From the NCBI GenBank assembly GCA_002687935.1, contig NZBN01000002.1, positions 38,484 through 102,483 of the forward strand: 64,000 bases of DNA, in the 5' to 3' direction. This DNA is from Methanobacteriota archaeon (GTDB taxonomy: Archaea > Undinarchaeota > Undinarchaeia > Undinarchaeales > Undinarchaeaceae). Below are positions 17,964 through 27,865 of this stretch, piece by piece; position 1 is the stretch's first letter, and each line of letters starts with the position of its first letter. The translations under genes and the position numbers were made by a program. The notes beneath the pieces are model-generated. The model did no database searches and had not been told where the DNA came from. It worked only from the letters and a program-made list of their open reading frames with translations.

Positions 17964-19208
17964 ATGGTCAATTTAGAGCCCTTAAAGAATAATGATCCTG
18001 ATTTGTATGAGCTTATTGTAAAGGAAACTGGAAGGCAGAATTGTGGTCTCGAGTTAATACCTTCTGAGAATTTCGTCAGCAAGGCGGTTCTTGAGGCGAT
18101 GGGCTCAGTTTTAACTAACAAATATGCAGAAGGATATCCTGGAAAGCGTTATTACGGTGGAAATCAGTACATTGACCAAATAGAACAGATTGCTATAGAT
18201 CGCGCGAAGAGTCTTTTTGGAGCAGAACACGCTAATGTTCAGCCTAATTCAGGCTCTCCTGCCAATATGGCTGTCTATTTCGCTCTTATGGAGGCAGGAG
18301 ACAAGCTTATGGGTCTTGAACTGTCTCAGGGAGGGCATTTGACGCACGGGAGTCCAGTTAATTTCTCTGGAAAATTGTATAATGCTACTTCATATAGCGT
18401 TGACAAGGAAACAGAGATAATTGATATGGATCTTGTAAGAAAGCAGGCAGAGAAGGAAAAGCCAAAAATTCTTTTGTCGAGCACAACTGCATATCCAAGG
18501 GAGCTGGATTTTACCGAATTTGCTGAAATTGCAAAAGACGTGGGGGCCCTATCGATGGCCGATATAGCACATATTGCTGGCTTGATAATTGGAAAGGTGC
18601 ATCAGGACCCATTTCCTTTCACGGATGTTGTAACGACTACAACTCACAAGACACTCCGTGGTCCAAGAAGTGGTCTTATACTTTGCAAGGAAGAATATGG
18701 GAAAGCCATCGATAAGGCTGTTTTTCCTGGTATGCAGGGAGGTCCGCACGAACATATAATTGCGGCAAAGGCTGTATGTTTCAAGGAAGCAGCAAGCCCA
18801 GAATTTTCTGAATATGCCGGACAGATAGTTAAAAACGCAAAAAGGCTGTCTGAGTCACTTATTGAATATGGCTTCAGACTTGTTACAGGTGGTACTGATA
18901 ACCACCTCCTGTTAATCGATATGACAAATAAAGGACTAAGTGGTAAAGAAGCTCAGAATTCCCTTGATGAAGCAGGAATAACAACTAACAGGAATACAAT
19001 TCCTTTTGAGCCACGCTCTCCCTTTGACCCATCAGGTTTGAGGCTTGGAACTCCTGCAATAACCAGTCGAGGTATGAAGGAATCTGAAATGGAGCAAGTT
19101 GCAAGATGGATAAACAAAGTTATAGAAAATCACAGTGATTCTTCTGTTAAAGAGAAAGTTAAAGAAGAAATAAAAGAATTCTGCCAAGACTTTCCATTGT
19201 ACCCTTAA
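17964..19208 (+). CDS. glyA: Serine hydroxymethyltransferase
   Basis: [38 protein letters not shown]. Confidence 0.97.
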   Translation: MVNLEPLKNNDPDLYELIVKETGRQNCGLELIPSENFVSKAVLEAMGSVLTNKYAEGYPGKRYYGGNQYIDQIEQIAIDRAKSLFGAEHANVQPNSGSPANMAVYFALMEAGDKLMGLELSQGGHLTHGSPVNFSGKLYNATSYSVDKETEIIDMDLVRKQAEKEKPKILLSSTTAYPRELDFTEFAEIAKDVGALSMADIAHIAGLIIGKVHQDPFPFTDVVTTTTHKTLRGPRSGLILCKEEYGKAIDKAVFPGMQGGPHEHIIAAKAVCFKEAASPEFSEYAGQIVKNAKRLSESLIEYGFRLVTGGTDNHLLLIDMTNKGLSGKEAQNSLDEAGITTNRNTIPFEPRSPFDPSGLRLGTPAITSRGMKESEMEQVARWINKVIENHSDSSVKEKVKEEIKEFCQDFPLYP

Positions 19209-19210
19209 CA

Positions 19211-20041
19211 ATGCCTGCACAAATTATAGACGGTCAAAAAATAGCCAAGGACAAGTATATAGCCTTACAACTTGCTGTAGCTAAACTTGACTTTCAACCA
19301 GGAATAGCAAGTCTAGTCACAGACGATAATTCTGCGTCAAAACTTTATGCTTCTAAAAGAGGAGAGATAGCCCAGAGTATTGGGATGTATTCTGAGCTTC
19401 ATAGCCTTGGGAAAAATGCCAAGGATGAGGAGATTGTAGAGATTATTTCAAGTCTTAACAAAAATACAAAAATACACGGAATAATAGTTCAGATGCCCCT
19501 TCCAAAAGGTGCAGATATTAGTCTTATTTTATCTTCTATAAATCCAAAAAAAGATGCGGATGCTATACATCCTTTAAATCTTGGGAACTTGTTTTTAGGA
19601 AGTCCATACGTGATTCCAGCCACGGCGAAGGCAATATTCGAATTGATAAATTCAACTGGCGCACAGATAGAATCTACAAATGTCACTGTAATAGGTAATG
19701 GTATTTCAGCAGGAAGGCCTTCTGCTGCCCTTCTTCAAAATGCAGGAGCTACAGTTACAGTATGTAATTCTAAAACAAAAAATCTAAAGAGCCATACTAT
19801 TGATGCAGACATAATTATTGCTTCAACAGGAAAGGAAAAAATACTCACTGCAGATATGGTAAAAGAAGGGGCGATTGTCATTGATGCAGGAGTAAGCATA
19901 ATTAAGGGAAAAATTATAGGGGATGTTGACTTCGGAACGGTGTCTAAAAAAGCAGCTTACATCACACAAGTTCCAGGAGGAGTCGGTCCTGTAACTTCTG
20001 CAAGCCTTCTGGAAAATGTATTCTCTCTTGCTACAATATAA
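19211..20041 (+). CDS. folD: Methylenetetrahydrofolate dehydrogenase/cyclohydrolase
   Basis: HGIIVQMPLP, KDAD, GDVDF, QVPGGVGPVT. Confidence 0.93.
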   Translation: MPAQIIDGQKIAKDKYIALQLAVAKLDFQPGIASLVTDDNSASKLYASKRGEIAQSIGMYSELHSLGKNAKDEEIVEIISSLNKNTKIHGIIVQMPLPKGADISLILSSINPKKDADAIHPLNLGNLFLGSPYVIPATAKAIFELINSTGAQIESTNVTVIGNGISAGRPSAALLQNAGATVTVCNSKTKNLKSHTIDADIIIASTGKEKILTADMVKEGAIVIDAGVSIIKGKIIGDVDFGTVSKKAAYITQVPGGVGPVTSASLLENVFSLATI

Positions 20042-20890
20042 TTAGCGTGGAACAATGTGAACAAAGGCTTCTTCTATTCCTTCTAGAGCTTCAATATCGT
20101 CCCTTACTTCTTCCTGTATTTTATGAACAAGGGTTACTGTGTCCTTCTCATCTACATAAATTTCAATTTCAACATGAACTTGGTTTCCAACATAGTGAGG
20201 TCTTACTGCCCCAATTCCAATAACTCCTCTTACTTCTTTTGCAGTTTTTCTTATAGCATTCACCATCTCAGGATCAGGCGTTCCCCCCATTAAATAATTC
20301 ATATTTTCACTGGCTATTCTGTAGCCTGCCCACAAAATAAAGAGTGCAACCATGCCTGCCGCAATGCTGTCAGCCAGAGGGAAATATTTTACTCCAATTA
20401 CTCCTATTAGTGCAACGGCAGAAGAAATTGAATCATACCTTCCATCAATTGCAATCGCCTTAATAGATGGACTTCTTAGTTGTTTGGAAACTTTTGTGTG
20501 GTATATTGACATAAGGGCTTTAACAATAACGCTCATTGCCAGAACTCCTATTGCCAACCAGCTAAAGAGTACTTCAGTTGGATTTATGACTCTTGAAATA
20601 GCTGCCGTTATAATTTCATATGCTGCAACTCCTGCAAAAAGTGCTACTATCAGTCCAGCAACAGGCTCTGCCCTAGTATAACCATACATATGTTTTGGGT
20701 CTGCTTTCTTTCTGGATATTCTGAAAGAGATTGCTACCGCAAAAGAAGTTAATATGTCTGTTAGTGAGTTAATTGCATCAGATATTACAGCAAGACTACC
20801 CGTATAAATCCCAACTGTAAGTTTTATGATAAATAACGCAGTGTTTACTACAACTCCAATTGTGGTTGCAATACTTCCAGACCTTTCCAT
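20042..20890 (-). CDS. Cation diffusion facilitator (FieF-like)
   Basis: SDAINSLTD, HMYGYTRAE, C-terminal dimerisation domain ending VHIVP. Confidence 0.9.
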   Translation of the reverse strand: MERSGSIATTIGVVVNTALFIIKLTVGIYTGSLAVISDAINSLTDILTSFAVAISFRISRKKADPKHMYGYTRAEPVAGLIVALFAGVAAYEIITAAISRVINPTEVLFSWLAIGVLAMSVIVKALMSIYHTKVSKQLRSPSIKAIAIDGRYDSISSAVALIGVIGVKYFPLADSIAAGMVALFILWAGYRIASENMNYLMGGTPDPEMVNAIRKTAKEVRGVIGIGAVRPHYVGNQVHVEIEIYVDEKDTVTLVHKIQEEVRDDIEALEGIEEAFVHIVPR

Positions 20891-20974
20891 GAACTGACTT
20901 AGATATTGTGAAGGGCTTAATTAACTTTCCCTTCCTCCCCAAACCTTATAAAAACAAAATCTTTAGAGGGGACT

Positions 20975-22138
20975 ATGATTGATCTCTTAGTGAGTGTTAT
21001 AATTTTGCTCTTTCTGGCGAGACTTGGTGGTGCTCTTGCAGAAATCCTGGGCCTGAGTGCAATAGTCGGTGAGATTTTTGCAGGTATTGCGGTAGGTCCA
21101 ACACTCTTTCCACAATTTACTACATATTTTACAGAGTCAGTTCTTCTTGAAGGTCTGGCAGATATTGGTATTATTTTGCTCATTTTTCTTGTGGGCTTGA
21201 AAATAAATCTCAAGGCATTTGAAAAATTCCTTAGAGCTGGTGCAGTCATAGCTATGTTTGGGGCATTCATACCCTTCTTTGCAGGAACCTATCTTGGCTT
21301 TGCATATTTTGCATGGAATCCTGTGCAATCATTATTCTTAGGGGGTATAATGATGGCATCAAGTATGGCAATTGCAGGACGAATGTTATATGATTCCAAG
21401 CTTCTACATAAAAGAGTCGGAAATCTGGCTATCGATGCTGTCCTTGTTGGAGAACTTCTGTCCCTTTTGATGCTTATCTTCCTTGTCCAACTTGCAGGAA
21501 ACTCAGCTTTCAGCATTCAGAGTCTTCTAAAGTCAACAATTTACGTCGCAATATTTTTCACTACAGTAATTCTTCTTGCAAGTTATATTAGTAAATATAT
21601 AGAAATTCTTGGACGCTTCCTTAATCTGCGTGTCAAGGAAGGACTTCTCTCAATGGTAATTATACTTGTGTTTACTTTATCATTAATTGCAGAAGCGATT
21701 GGCATTTCTATGGTGATAGGGGCATTTCTGGCAGGACTTATTCTGCATGAAAGGCACTTGAAAAAAATAGAACATGAAGTATACAGTATGGCATATGGTC
21801 TCTTTATACCTCTCTTCTTCGCTCTACTGGGCATATATGTGAATATATTTGAAATGATTTCCCTGTGGCCATTTTTGCTTAGTATTTTTGCCGTAGCACT
21901 TACTTCCCGTTTGTTTGGGGCATATTTTGGGGCAAGGATTTCAGGAATGAGTAGCAGAAACTCCTTTATTGTCTCTCTTGTAATGACGCCTCGTGCAGAG
22001 GTCGCATTTATAATAGCAAGTGTTGCACTTCTTAATGGAGTTTACAGTGTTTCTGATTATTCTGCTGTGATTGGGGCTCTGATTCTTGGAATAGTTGTTG
22101 TACCTCCCGTGTTTAGGAGAGTTGTCAACGCAAAATGA
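20975..22138 (+). CDS. Cation:proton antiporter (CPA2)
   Basis: IVGEIFAGIAVGP, FIPLFF, TPRAEVAFIIA; about 12 TM helices. Confidence 0.88.
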   Translation: MIDLLVSVIILLFLARLGGALAEILGLSAIVGEIFAGIAVGPTLFPQFTTYFTESVLLEGLADIGIILLIFLVGLKINLKAFEKFLRAGAVIAMFGAFIPFFAGTYLGFAYFAWNPVQSLFLGGIMMASSMAIAGRMLYDSKLLHKRVGNLAIDAVLVGELLSLLMLIFLVQLAGNSAFSIQSLLKSTIYVAIFFTTVILLASYISKYIEILGRFLNLRVKEGLLSMVIILVFTLSLIAEAIGISMVIGAFLAGLILHERHLKKIEHEVYSMAYGLFIPLFFALLGIYVNIFEMISLWPFLLSIFAVALTSRLFGAYFGARISGMSSRNSFIVSLVMTPRAEVAFIIASVALLNGVYSVSDYSAVIGALILGIVVVPPVFRRVVNAK

Positions 22139-23070
22139 CCCTGCCTTTTCCATATCAGAGTGCAGGAATTTTTATTATATCTCTCGCAATTTTGCTGAAG
22201 GGCGCTGACATATTTACAAATAGGTCAGTACATGTTGCAAGACAGGTCGGAATTTCTGAGTTCGCAATAGGTCTTACACTTGTTGCCTTTTCAACTTCTT
22301 TACCTGAGCTTGCCATCTCTATGACTGCTGCTCTGACAGGTTCAGATGGTATAGCTATAGGCAATATAATCGGTTCTAATATAGCAAATATTGGCCTCAT
22401 AGTGGGCCTTGCATCCCTTTTCATGCCCTTTGTTCTTAAGAAAGAGGATTTTAAACAGGCATTATTTATGATAGCTGTACTTTTCATCGGTTCAATTTTC
22501 ATGTATAATGGATTAACAAGAATAGAGGGTTTTGCATTGGTTTCAATCCTCGTAGCTTACATAATAAATACACTCAGACAGGGGAAAGTAGGCACAGCAA
22601 AATCTTCTAAAGCTCAGTCTCTAGCTTCAAATTTACTCTTTGCTTTCGCAGGAGCTGGCGCAGTCCTTGTTGGAGGAAAGTTTGTTGTTGATTCTGCAGT
22701 AGTACTTGCCAAATGGGCAGGAATATCTGAAGTTCTTATCGGAATCACTGTAATTGCAATAGGAACTTCTCTTCCTGAACTTGTCACATCCATTATTGCA
22801 GCAAAGAATAACATGCCAAGTATGGCTCTTGGTAACATAATAGGGAGCAATATCTTCAATATTGCCGCAGTTCTTGGACTAACTTCTTTAATATCTCCTA
22901 TAGCAGTATCTTTTGATGTTTTCCTCTTCGATATCCCTGCAATGATACTTTTTTCAATACTTTTGGCTTCCTTTATGTATTTCGGAGAAAATCGCATAAG
23001 TAAGCGGAGCGGAGTATATCTCTTACTACTTTATGTGGCATACCTTTGTGCGCACGTATTTTTCTTTTGA
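22135..23070 (+). CDS. Ca2+/Na+ antiporter (CaCA, YrbG-like)
   Basis: Two alpha repeats STSLPE...GNIIGSNIAN and GTSLPE...GNIIGSNIFN. Confidence 0.93.
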   Translation: MTLPFPYQSAGIFIISLAILLKGADIFTNRSVHVARQVGISEFAIGLTLVAFSTSLPELAISMTAALTGSDGIAIGNIIGSNIANIGLIVGLASLFMPFVLKKEDFKQALFMIAVLFIGSIFMYNGLTRIEGFALVSILVAYIINTLRQGKVGTAKSSKAQSLASNLLFAFAGAGAVLVGGKFVVDSAVVLAKWAGISEVLIGITVIAIGTSLPELVTSIIAAKNNMPSMALGNIIGSNIFNIAAVLGLTSLISPIAVSFDVFLFDIPAMILFSILLASFMYFGENRISKRSGVYLLLLYVAYLCAHVFFF

Positions 23071-23118
23071 CAGAAAAGCCTTAAATATAAGAACCATTAA
23101 CTCAGTGTATTCTTTCAT

Positions 23119-23559
23119 ATGACAACAAGTGCAGTAATCGCAACACGGCTAAAACCAGGAGATTTATTTCTCCTTGACGGACAGGGAGATGATATTTTTA
23201 AAGTAAAAAAATTAAGCACCTCATCACCAGGAAAGCACGGTCACGCCAAAGTACGTATAATGTATGTAAATTTCTTCACAGGTTCTGGTGGAGAAGTAAC
23301 TTACAGCGGTCACAAAGAGATGGACAAGCCAGTTATTGAAAAGGAAAGGTCTCAGGTAATATCAATTACTCCTGGAAAGACTTCTAATGACCCGAATGTT
23401 CCTGACGTCCCTGCTGAACTTCAGCTTATGAATCTTGAGAGCTTTGAGACATATGAACTCCCTTGCCCAGATGGAATTTCAGAAGCCGACCTTGCAGTTG
23501 GCAGTGAAGTAGAAGTCCGCAAATTTGAGAGCAAGAAGTGGATTGAAAAGCTCATCTAA
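23119..23559 (+). CDS. eif5a: Translation factor aIF5A
   Basis: SSPGKHGHAK hypusination loop. Confidence 0.93.
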   Translation: MTTSAVIATRLKPGDLFLLDGQGDDIFKVKKLSTSSPGKHGHAKVRIMYVNFFTGSGGEVTYSGHKEMDKPVIEKERSQVISITPGKTSNDPNVPDVPAELQLMNLESFETYELPCPDGISEADLAVGSEVEVRKFESKKWIEKLI

Positions 23560-23564
23560 TTGCG

Positions 23565-24446
23565 ATGGATTTTTATCTAAATAATTTTTGCAGGTTATCA
23601 GAGGCAAGAAACTCTGTTAAAGAAAGTAGGGCAATTTTTCTTGGAGTACCTTATGATTGGTCTACTATAGACAGACCTGGTTCAAGATATGGGCCTTTAC
23701 ATATAAGAAAATCATTTGAACAATTTCTGGGCTATGATTCTACAAGTGGAAAAGATTTGTATGAAAGCCTTCTACCGTGTGATCTTGGTGATATTGCAGT
23801 AGTTCCGGGTGATTATACAGAAACTCAGAAGAGGACGGAGGAAACACTTGAAAAAATTCTTTCAGAAAATAGTACTGCATTTATTATTGGCCTGGGGGGT
23901 GAACATTCAGTTACACACTCTTTTTTAAAAACTCTAAAAAAAGTCCACAAAGATATGCTAGTTGTGAGTTTTGATGCACATCCTGACCTTAAAGAGGATT
24001 ATATGGGTAACAAGGAAACGAATGTAACCTATCTTCGACGAGCTTGTGATTTCATAGACCCCTCCGCAATTTCTCTTGTCGGAATTCGTGATGCAGACCG
24101 TGATGAGATAGATTATGCGAAAAAGAACAAGATCTCTATCCTTCATACAAAGAATATAAAAGAAGACCTAGAAGCCTCCCTTTCCTCCTTCAAAAAGGCA
24201 ATAAATGGGAAGAAAGTTTATGTTACAATAGATATCGATGTTTTAGATACAGCCATTGCACCAGGAACTTCAAGCCCCTCTCCAGGTGGTTTGAACATGG
24301 CTGAAATGAAGGCATTTCTGGATATATGTATTCCACAAGCTGTCGGTATGGACGTAGTGGAAGTTTCTCCTCCCTTTGATACAGGGGAAATCACCAGTTT
24401 TACAGCTGCGAAACTTATTTATTACGCTCTGAGTTTAAAGGCTTAG
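23565..24446 (+). CDS. speB: Agmatinase (ureohydrolase family)
   Basis: GGEHS, FDAHPD, TIDIDVLD, PGGL, DVVEVSP. Confidence 0.9.
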   Translation: MDFYLNNFCRLSEARNSVKESRAIFLGVPYDWSTIDRPGSRYGPLHIRKSFEQFLGYDSTSGKDLYESLLPCDLGDIAVVPGDYTETQKRTEETLEKILSENSTAFIIGLGGEHSVTHSFLKTLKKVHKDMLVVSFDAHPDLKEDYMGNKETNVTYLRRACDFIDPSAISLVGIRDADRDEIDYAKKNKISILHTKNIKEDLEASLSSFKKAINGKKVYVTIDIDVLDTAIAPGTSSPSPGGLNMAEMKAFLDICIPQAVGMDVVEVSPPFDTGEITSFTAAKLIYYALSLKA

Positions 24447-24447
24447 C

Positions 24448-24594
24448 ATGGCAGTAGAAACATCCCTTCTCTTGCTGGTAGTTCTTGTAGTCATCGGCTT
24501 TATAATATATAGGATGGTCAGGGGAATTTGGACTATTCTTTTATGGGTTTTCATAGGCGGGGGTATACTGTTCGTCGTATATTACTTGCTGTAA
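24448..24594 (+). CDS. 48-aa two-helix membrane microprotein (not in ORF track)
   Basis: MAVETSLLLLVVLVVIGFIIYRMVRGIWTILLWVFIGGGILFVVYYLL; 1 nt after speB stop; TAATG overlap with next gene. Confidence 0.75.
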   Translation: MAVETSLLLLVVLVVIGFIIYRMVRGIWTILLWVFIGGGILFVVYYLL

Positions 24595-25349
24595 TGGTAC
24601 TTGAATCATTATTTACTGTGGAAGAGGCTGAAAAAGAACCTTCAAACCTTTTTCTTCTTGGAATAGTCATCTCTACAGTGGCACTTTGGCTCTCTTTTTA
24701 CATATTCCCCCAAGGAGCAAGTACATGGATGCTTTTCATAATAACATTGGCAGTTGTACCCCTTATGCACAAGGCCTTCATGATAGAGGAAGCAAAGGGC
24801 ATAATACCTAGCAGGAAACTCCTAAGAGGACATTTCCCAATTATAAAAATGTATATTTACTTGTTTTTAGGAATTTTTGTATCACTTGTGTTTTGGTATC
24901 TCTTCCTGCCAACTCATTTGTTGGAAATAATTTTTTCTGTTCAAATGAATGTAGCCAGTACCATTCTAAGCGACGGCTCAATTCTGATGATGAGCTTGAA
25001 GGTTCTTGGACTCTTTATGTTGTTAACTTTCCTCTATGGAGCTGGAGGAATTCTTATACTTGCATGGGATGCAGCTCTCAGCTCTGTAATTGTAGGTAAT
25101 CTCTTAAAACACATATTTCTGGGAACTTATTCTTCTGGAATGCTTGCAATTTTGCTCCCCTCTTTGTTTGAAATTATTGGCTACTCTTTAGCTGCAATAG
25201 CGGCAGGAATACTCTCCGTTGCATTTTACAAAGGTCATTTAAGAGGAAAATTCGCAAAATATATACTGATTGATTTTGCAGTTCTGACTTTACTCGCATT
25301 AATTATGGTGTCTATTGGTGCTCTCGTCGCACAAGGAGTTGTTGTTTAA
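24594..25349 (+). CDS. SpoIIM-like membrane protein, copy 1
   Basis: GAGGILILAWDA and FEIIGYSLAAIAAG motifs. Confidence 0.7.
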   Translation: MVLESLFTVEEAEKEPSNLFLLGIVISTVALWLSFYIFPQGASTWMLFIITLAVVPLMHKAFMIEEAKGIIPSRKLLRGHFPIIKMYIYLFLGIFVSLVFWYLFLPTHLLEIIFSVQMNVASTILSDGSILMMSLKVLGLFMLLTFLYGAGGILILAWDAALSSVIVGNLLKHIFLGTYSSGMLAILLPSLFEIIGYSLAAIAAGILSVAFYKGHLRGKFAKYILIDFAVLTLLALIMVSIGALVAQGVVV

Positions 25350-26282
25350 ATGGTTCTTGAAATGATAATGAAGGCTGAATATGCAGAAAGAAGTCCTGTG
25401 AGGACCCTCTTACTGGGTTTTGGCGTATCCTCAATTGCTTTGTGGATTGCCTATTTTGCCACCCTCTGGCTCCCATCATACATCTTCCCTGAACATGCGA
25501 ATTCCTGGTTCTTATTCCTTACAGCTGTTGCACTAATACCCTTCCTTAATAAAGTATACCTAATTGAAGAAGGCAAGGCTGAAAGAATTTCTGAAAAAAG
25601 CATATTCAAACGCCACGAGGATTTACTTTTCATCTATATCTTCCTCTTCCTTGGGATGATACTGTCATTTTCATTCTGGTTTACTATACTCCCTTTGAAA
25701 ATTTCACAGATAGTATTCTCAGGGCAAGTTGCAGAAATTTATAGAATACAGGGTTTGAAAACGAACCTCTCAGGAGCTCTTTTGGCAACAAGTGCAGGTG
25801 CAATCACAGGCAATATGTTGGCAAAGATAACAGGCTACGCAAGTTCACGGACCGCTTTTTTGAAACTTGTAGTATTCAATAATATGAGGCTTCTGCTCCT
25901 TTTCATGGTATTTTCCTTCGTATTTGGAGCCGGGGCAATTCTTCTACTTACCTGGAACGCTGCAGTTGTCGGAGTTGCGATGGGATTCATAATCAGAGAC
26001 AGTATAATTGTATCAAGTAGCGTTCTTCTAAAAAGTGCCTTTTACCTGAAAGAGCTTCCCTTTAGTTTTATGTCCTTCTTCCTTCACGGAATTTTTGAAA
26101 TAGTGGGATATTTCGCAGGTGCAGTATCTGGAGGAATTTTTTCAGTTGCAATACTCAGAGGTATGCACAAAACTAAACATTTCAAAACAATATTGAAGGA
26201 TGTCTTATTTTTCCTCCTTTTGGCAATTGCATTTATTGTTATTGGTGCCGTCTTGGAGGTTTATGTGACGCCACTGCTCTGA
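25350..26282 (+). CDS. SpoIIM-like membrane protein, copy 2
   Basis: FNN, GAGAILLLTWNA, HGIFEIVGYFAGAVSGG. Confidence 0.78.
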   Translation: MVLEMIMKAEYAERSPVRTLLLGFGVSSIALWIAYFATLWLPSYIFPEHANSWFLFLTAVALIPFLNKVYLIEEGKAERISEKSIFKRHEDLLFIYIFLFLGMILSFSFWFTILPLKISQIVFSGQVAEIYRIQGLKTNLSGALLATSAGAITGNMLAKITGYASSRTAFLKLVVFNNMRLLLLFMVFSFVFGAGAILLLTWNAAVVGVAMGFIIRDSIIVSSSVLLKSAFYLKELPFSFMSFFLHGIFEIVGYFAGAVSGGIFSVAILRGMHKTKHFKTILKDVLFFLLLAIAFIVIGAVLEVYVTPLL

Positions 26283-26767
26283 TGACAAGCTATATTTTAG
26301 ATGCCTCTGCAATACAAAGTGGCTTTGAAGCTCTTGGCTTTTCTGAAGAATTGTTTTCAACACCAGATGTTATTGAAGAAGTCCGCAACAAACTTATTGC
26401 ATATAATTTGAACCTGGCAATTTCTCTAGATAAAATAAAATTAGAAAACCCCTCAGAAGAGTATGTAAATCACGTCTCTGAAAGGGCAAGAGCCAGTGGA
26501 GACCGCCTGTCAGATAATGATGTGGGGTTAATTGCACTTGCTCTCAAGAAGAAAGCAAAGGGACGCGTCCGTATAGTTACAGATGATTACGGAATTCAAA
26601 ATCTTTCCTCTCTCTTAGGTATAGAATTCACTCCAATTGGTGCAGAGGGTATAAAAGAAGTGATAGAATGGGTCTACTATTGCCCTGCCTGCTTCAAAAA
26701 ACACAGTCCTCAGGTAGATATTTGTGAGGTTTGTGGGACAAAAATAAAGAGAAAAAAGCGTATCTAA
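26282..26767 (+). CDS. nob1: Nob1 PIN-domain endonuclease with zinc ribbon
   Basis: YILDASA, LSDND, TDDYGIQN, CPAC...CEVCG. Confidence 0.9.
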   Translation: MTSYILDASAIQSGFEALGFSEELFSTPDVIEEVRNKLIAYNLNLAISLDKIKLENPSEEYVNHVSERARASGDRLSDNDVGLIALALKKKAKGRVRIVTDDYGIQNLSSLLGIEFTPIGAEGIKEVIEWVYYCPACFKKHSPQVDICEVCGTKIKRKKRI

Positions 26768-27840
26768 ACTCTCTTAAACAAGTCCTCAAGAATGTGTCTT
26801 TTCTCTACATAGAGCATTACTATTGCCTGCGCGAGTCCCAAAACGAGAGGGCCGAGAATTATTCCCTTGAAGCCCATTACAAAGGGTCCGCCAAAGAAAC
26901 CAAGCAATATCAGCAGAGGGTGGATATCTGCATCTCTCCTCACAAGTTTTGGCCTTATGTAGAAATCAGGAACTATGGTTAGTATTAAAGAGCCGTATAT
27001 TAAAATTAGAATTCCTGCCATAGTTCCTCCGGGTAGAAGCGCCATATACCATAGCCCCATTGGAACATACATCAGCCACGGACCTATCAGAGGCAGGAAG
27101 GACACAACAAACATCATTCCTACAAGGAAACCAAGAGTTATCAGAGGTGGTCTTAAAATAACCCAGAAACCAACAGCGGCCAGACCTGCAATAATTACAG
27201 ATGTAAGAAGATGCCCTATGAACAGTCCATAGAAGATTTTGTCAACAGTTGACATAAGTTCATGGAGAAATTTCTCTCTTGTTGGGACGTGCTTCTTTAT
27301 GAGTTCCATCAGTCTTGGACCCTCATATAGGAAGTAGAAAGTTGCCACAAAGAATAGTGCAAGGCTTATAGAAGTCTCAAGGAACCAAGTAGGTTGTGTT
27401 ACCTGTGTCCACAGAGCATCAGTTGCTGAGGTGATAAGCCTCCCCAACTCTGAACCTAGGCGTTCACTTACAACGCCGAAGCCTGCCGAATCCAGACCGC
27501 TTTTCAGACCTTCAGTAAAACTTCCAGATTGAATCATACCGAAGTTTTCAATCAGCCACTGAAGAATAACATTCAGACTATATACCATAATATAAATTAC
27601 AGGAAGTGCTACCAGGAGAACTGAAGTGAGACAGGCGCTAAGATATTTTTTACCTGCTTTCCGATTGCCTCCACTAAGATAACCCGCCAGTGGATAGATT
27701 ATATAGGCCATTGCAAAGCTAACGAGAAGAAGGCCTATAAAATTCCACATAACTAAAGCTGCGCCACCAATTATTGATAGGAGTATAAAAATACCAACAA
27801 ATCTCCATTTATGAGCTGCCATAAACATCAATAAGTACAT
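26764..27840 (-). CDS. AI-2E family (UPF0118) transporter
   Basis: SFLPLIGP, YIRPKL...IHPLLILLGFFGG...GIILGP. Confidence 0.9.
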   Translation of the reverse strand: MYLLMFMAAHKWRFVGIFILLSIIGGAALVMWNFIGLLLVSFAMAYIIYPLAGYLSGGNRKAGKKYLSACLTSVLLVALPVIYIMVYSLNVILQWLIENFGMIQSGSFTEGLKSGLDSAGFGVVSERLGSELGRLITSATDALWTQVTQPTWFLETSISLALFFVATFYFLYEGPRLMELIKKHVPTREKFLHELMSTVDKIFYGLFIGHLLTSVIIAGLAAVGFWVILRPPLITLGFLVGMMFVVSFLPLIGPWLMYVPMGLWYMALLPGGTMAGILILIYGSLILTIVPDFYIRPKLVRRDADIHPLLILLGFFGGPFVMGFKGIILGPLVLGLAQAIVMLYVEKRHILEDLFKRV

Positions 27841-27865
27841 ATATTTAAAAGCCTTGTTATTTCCT

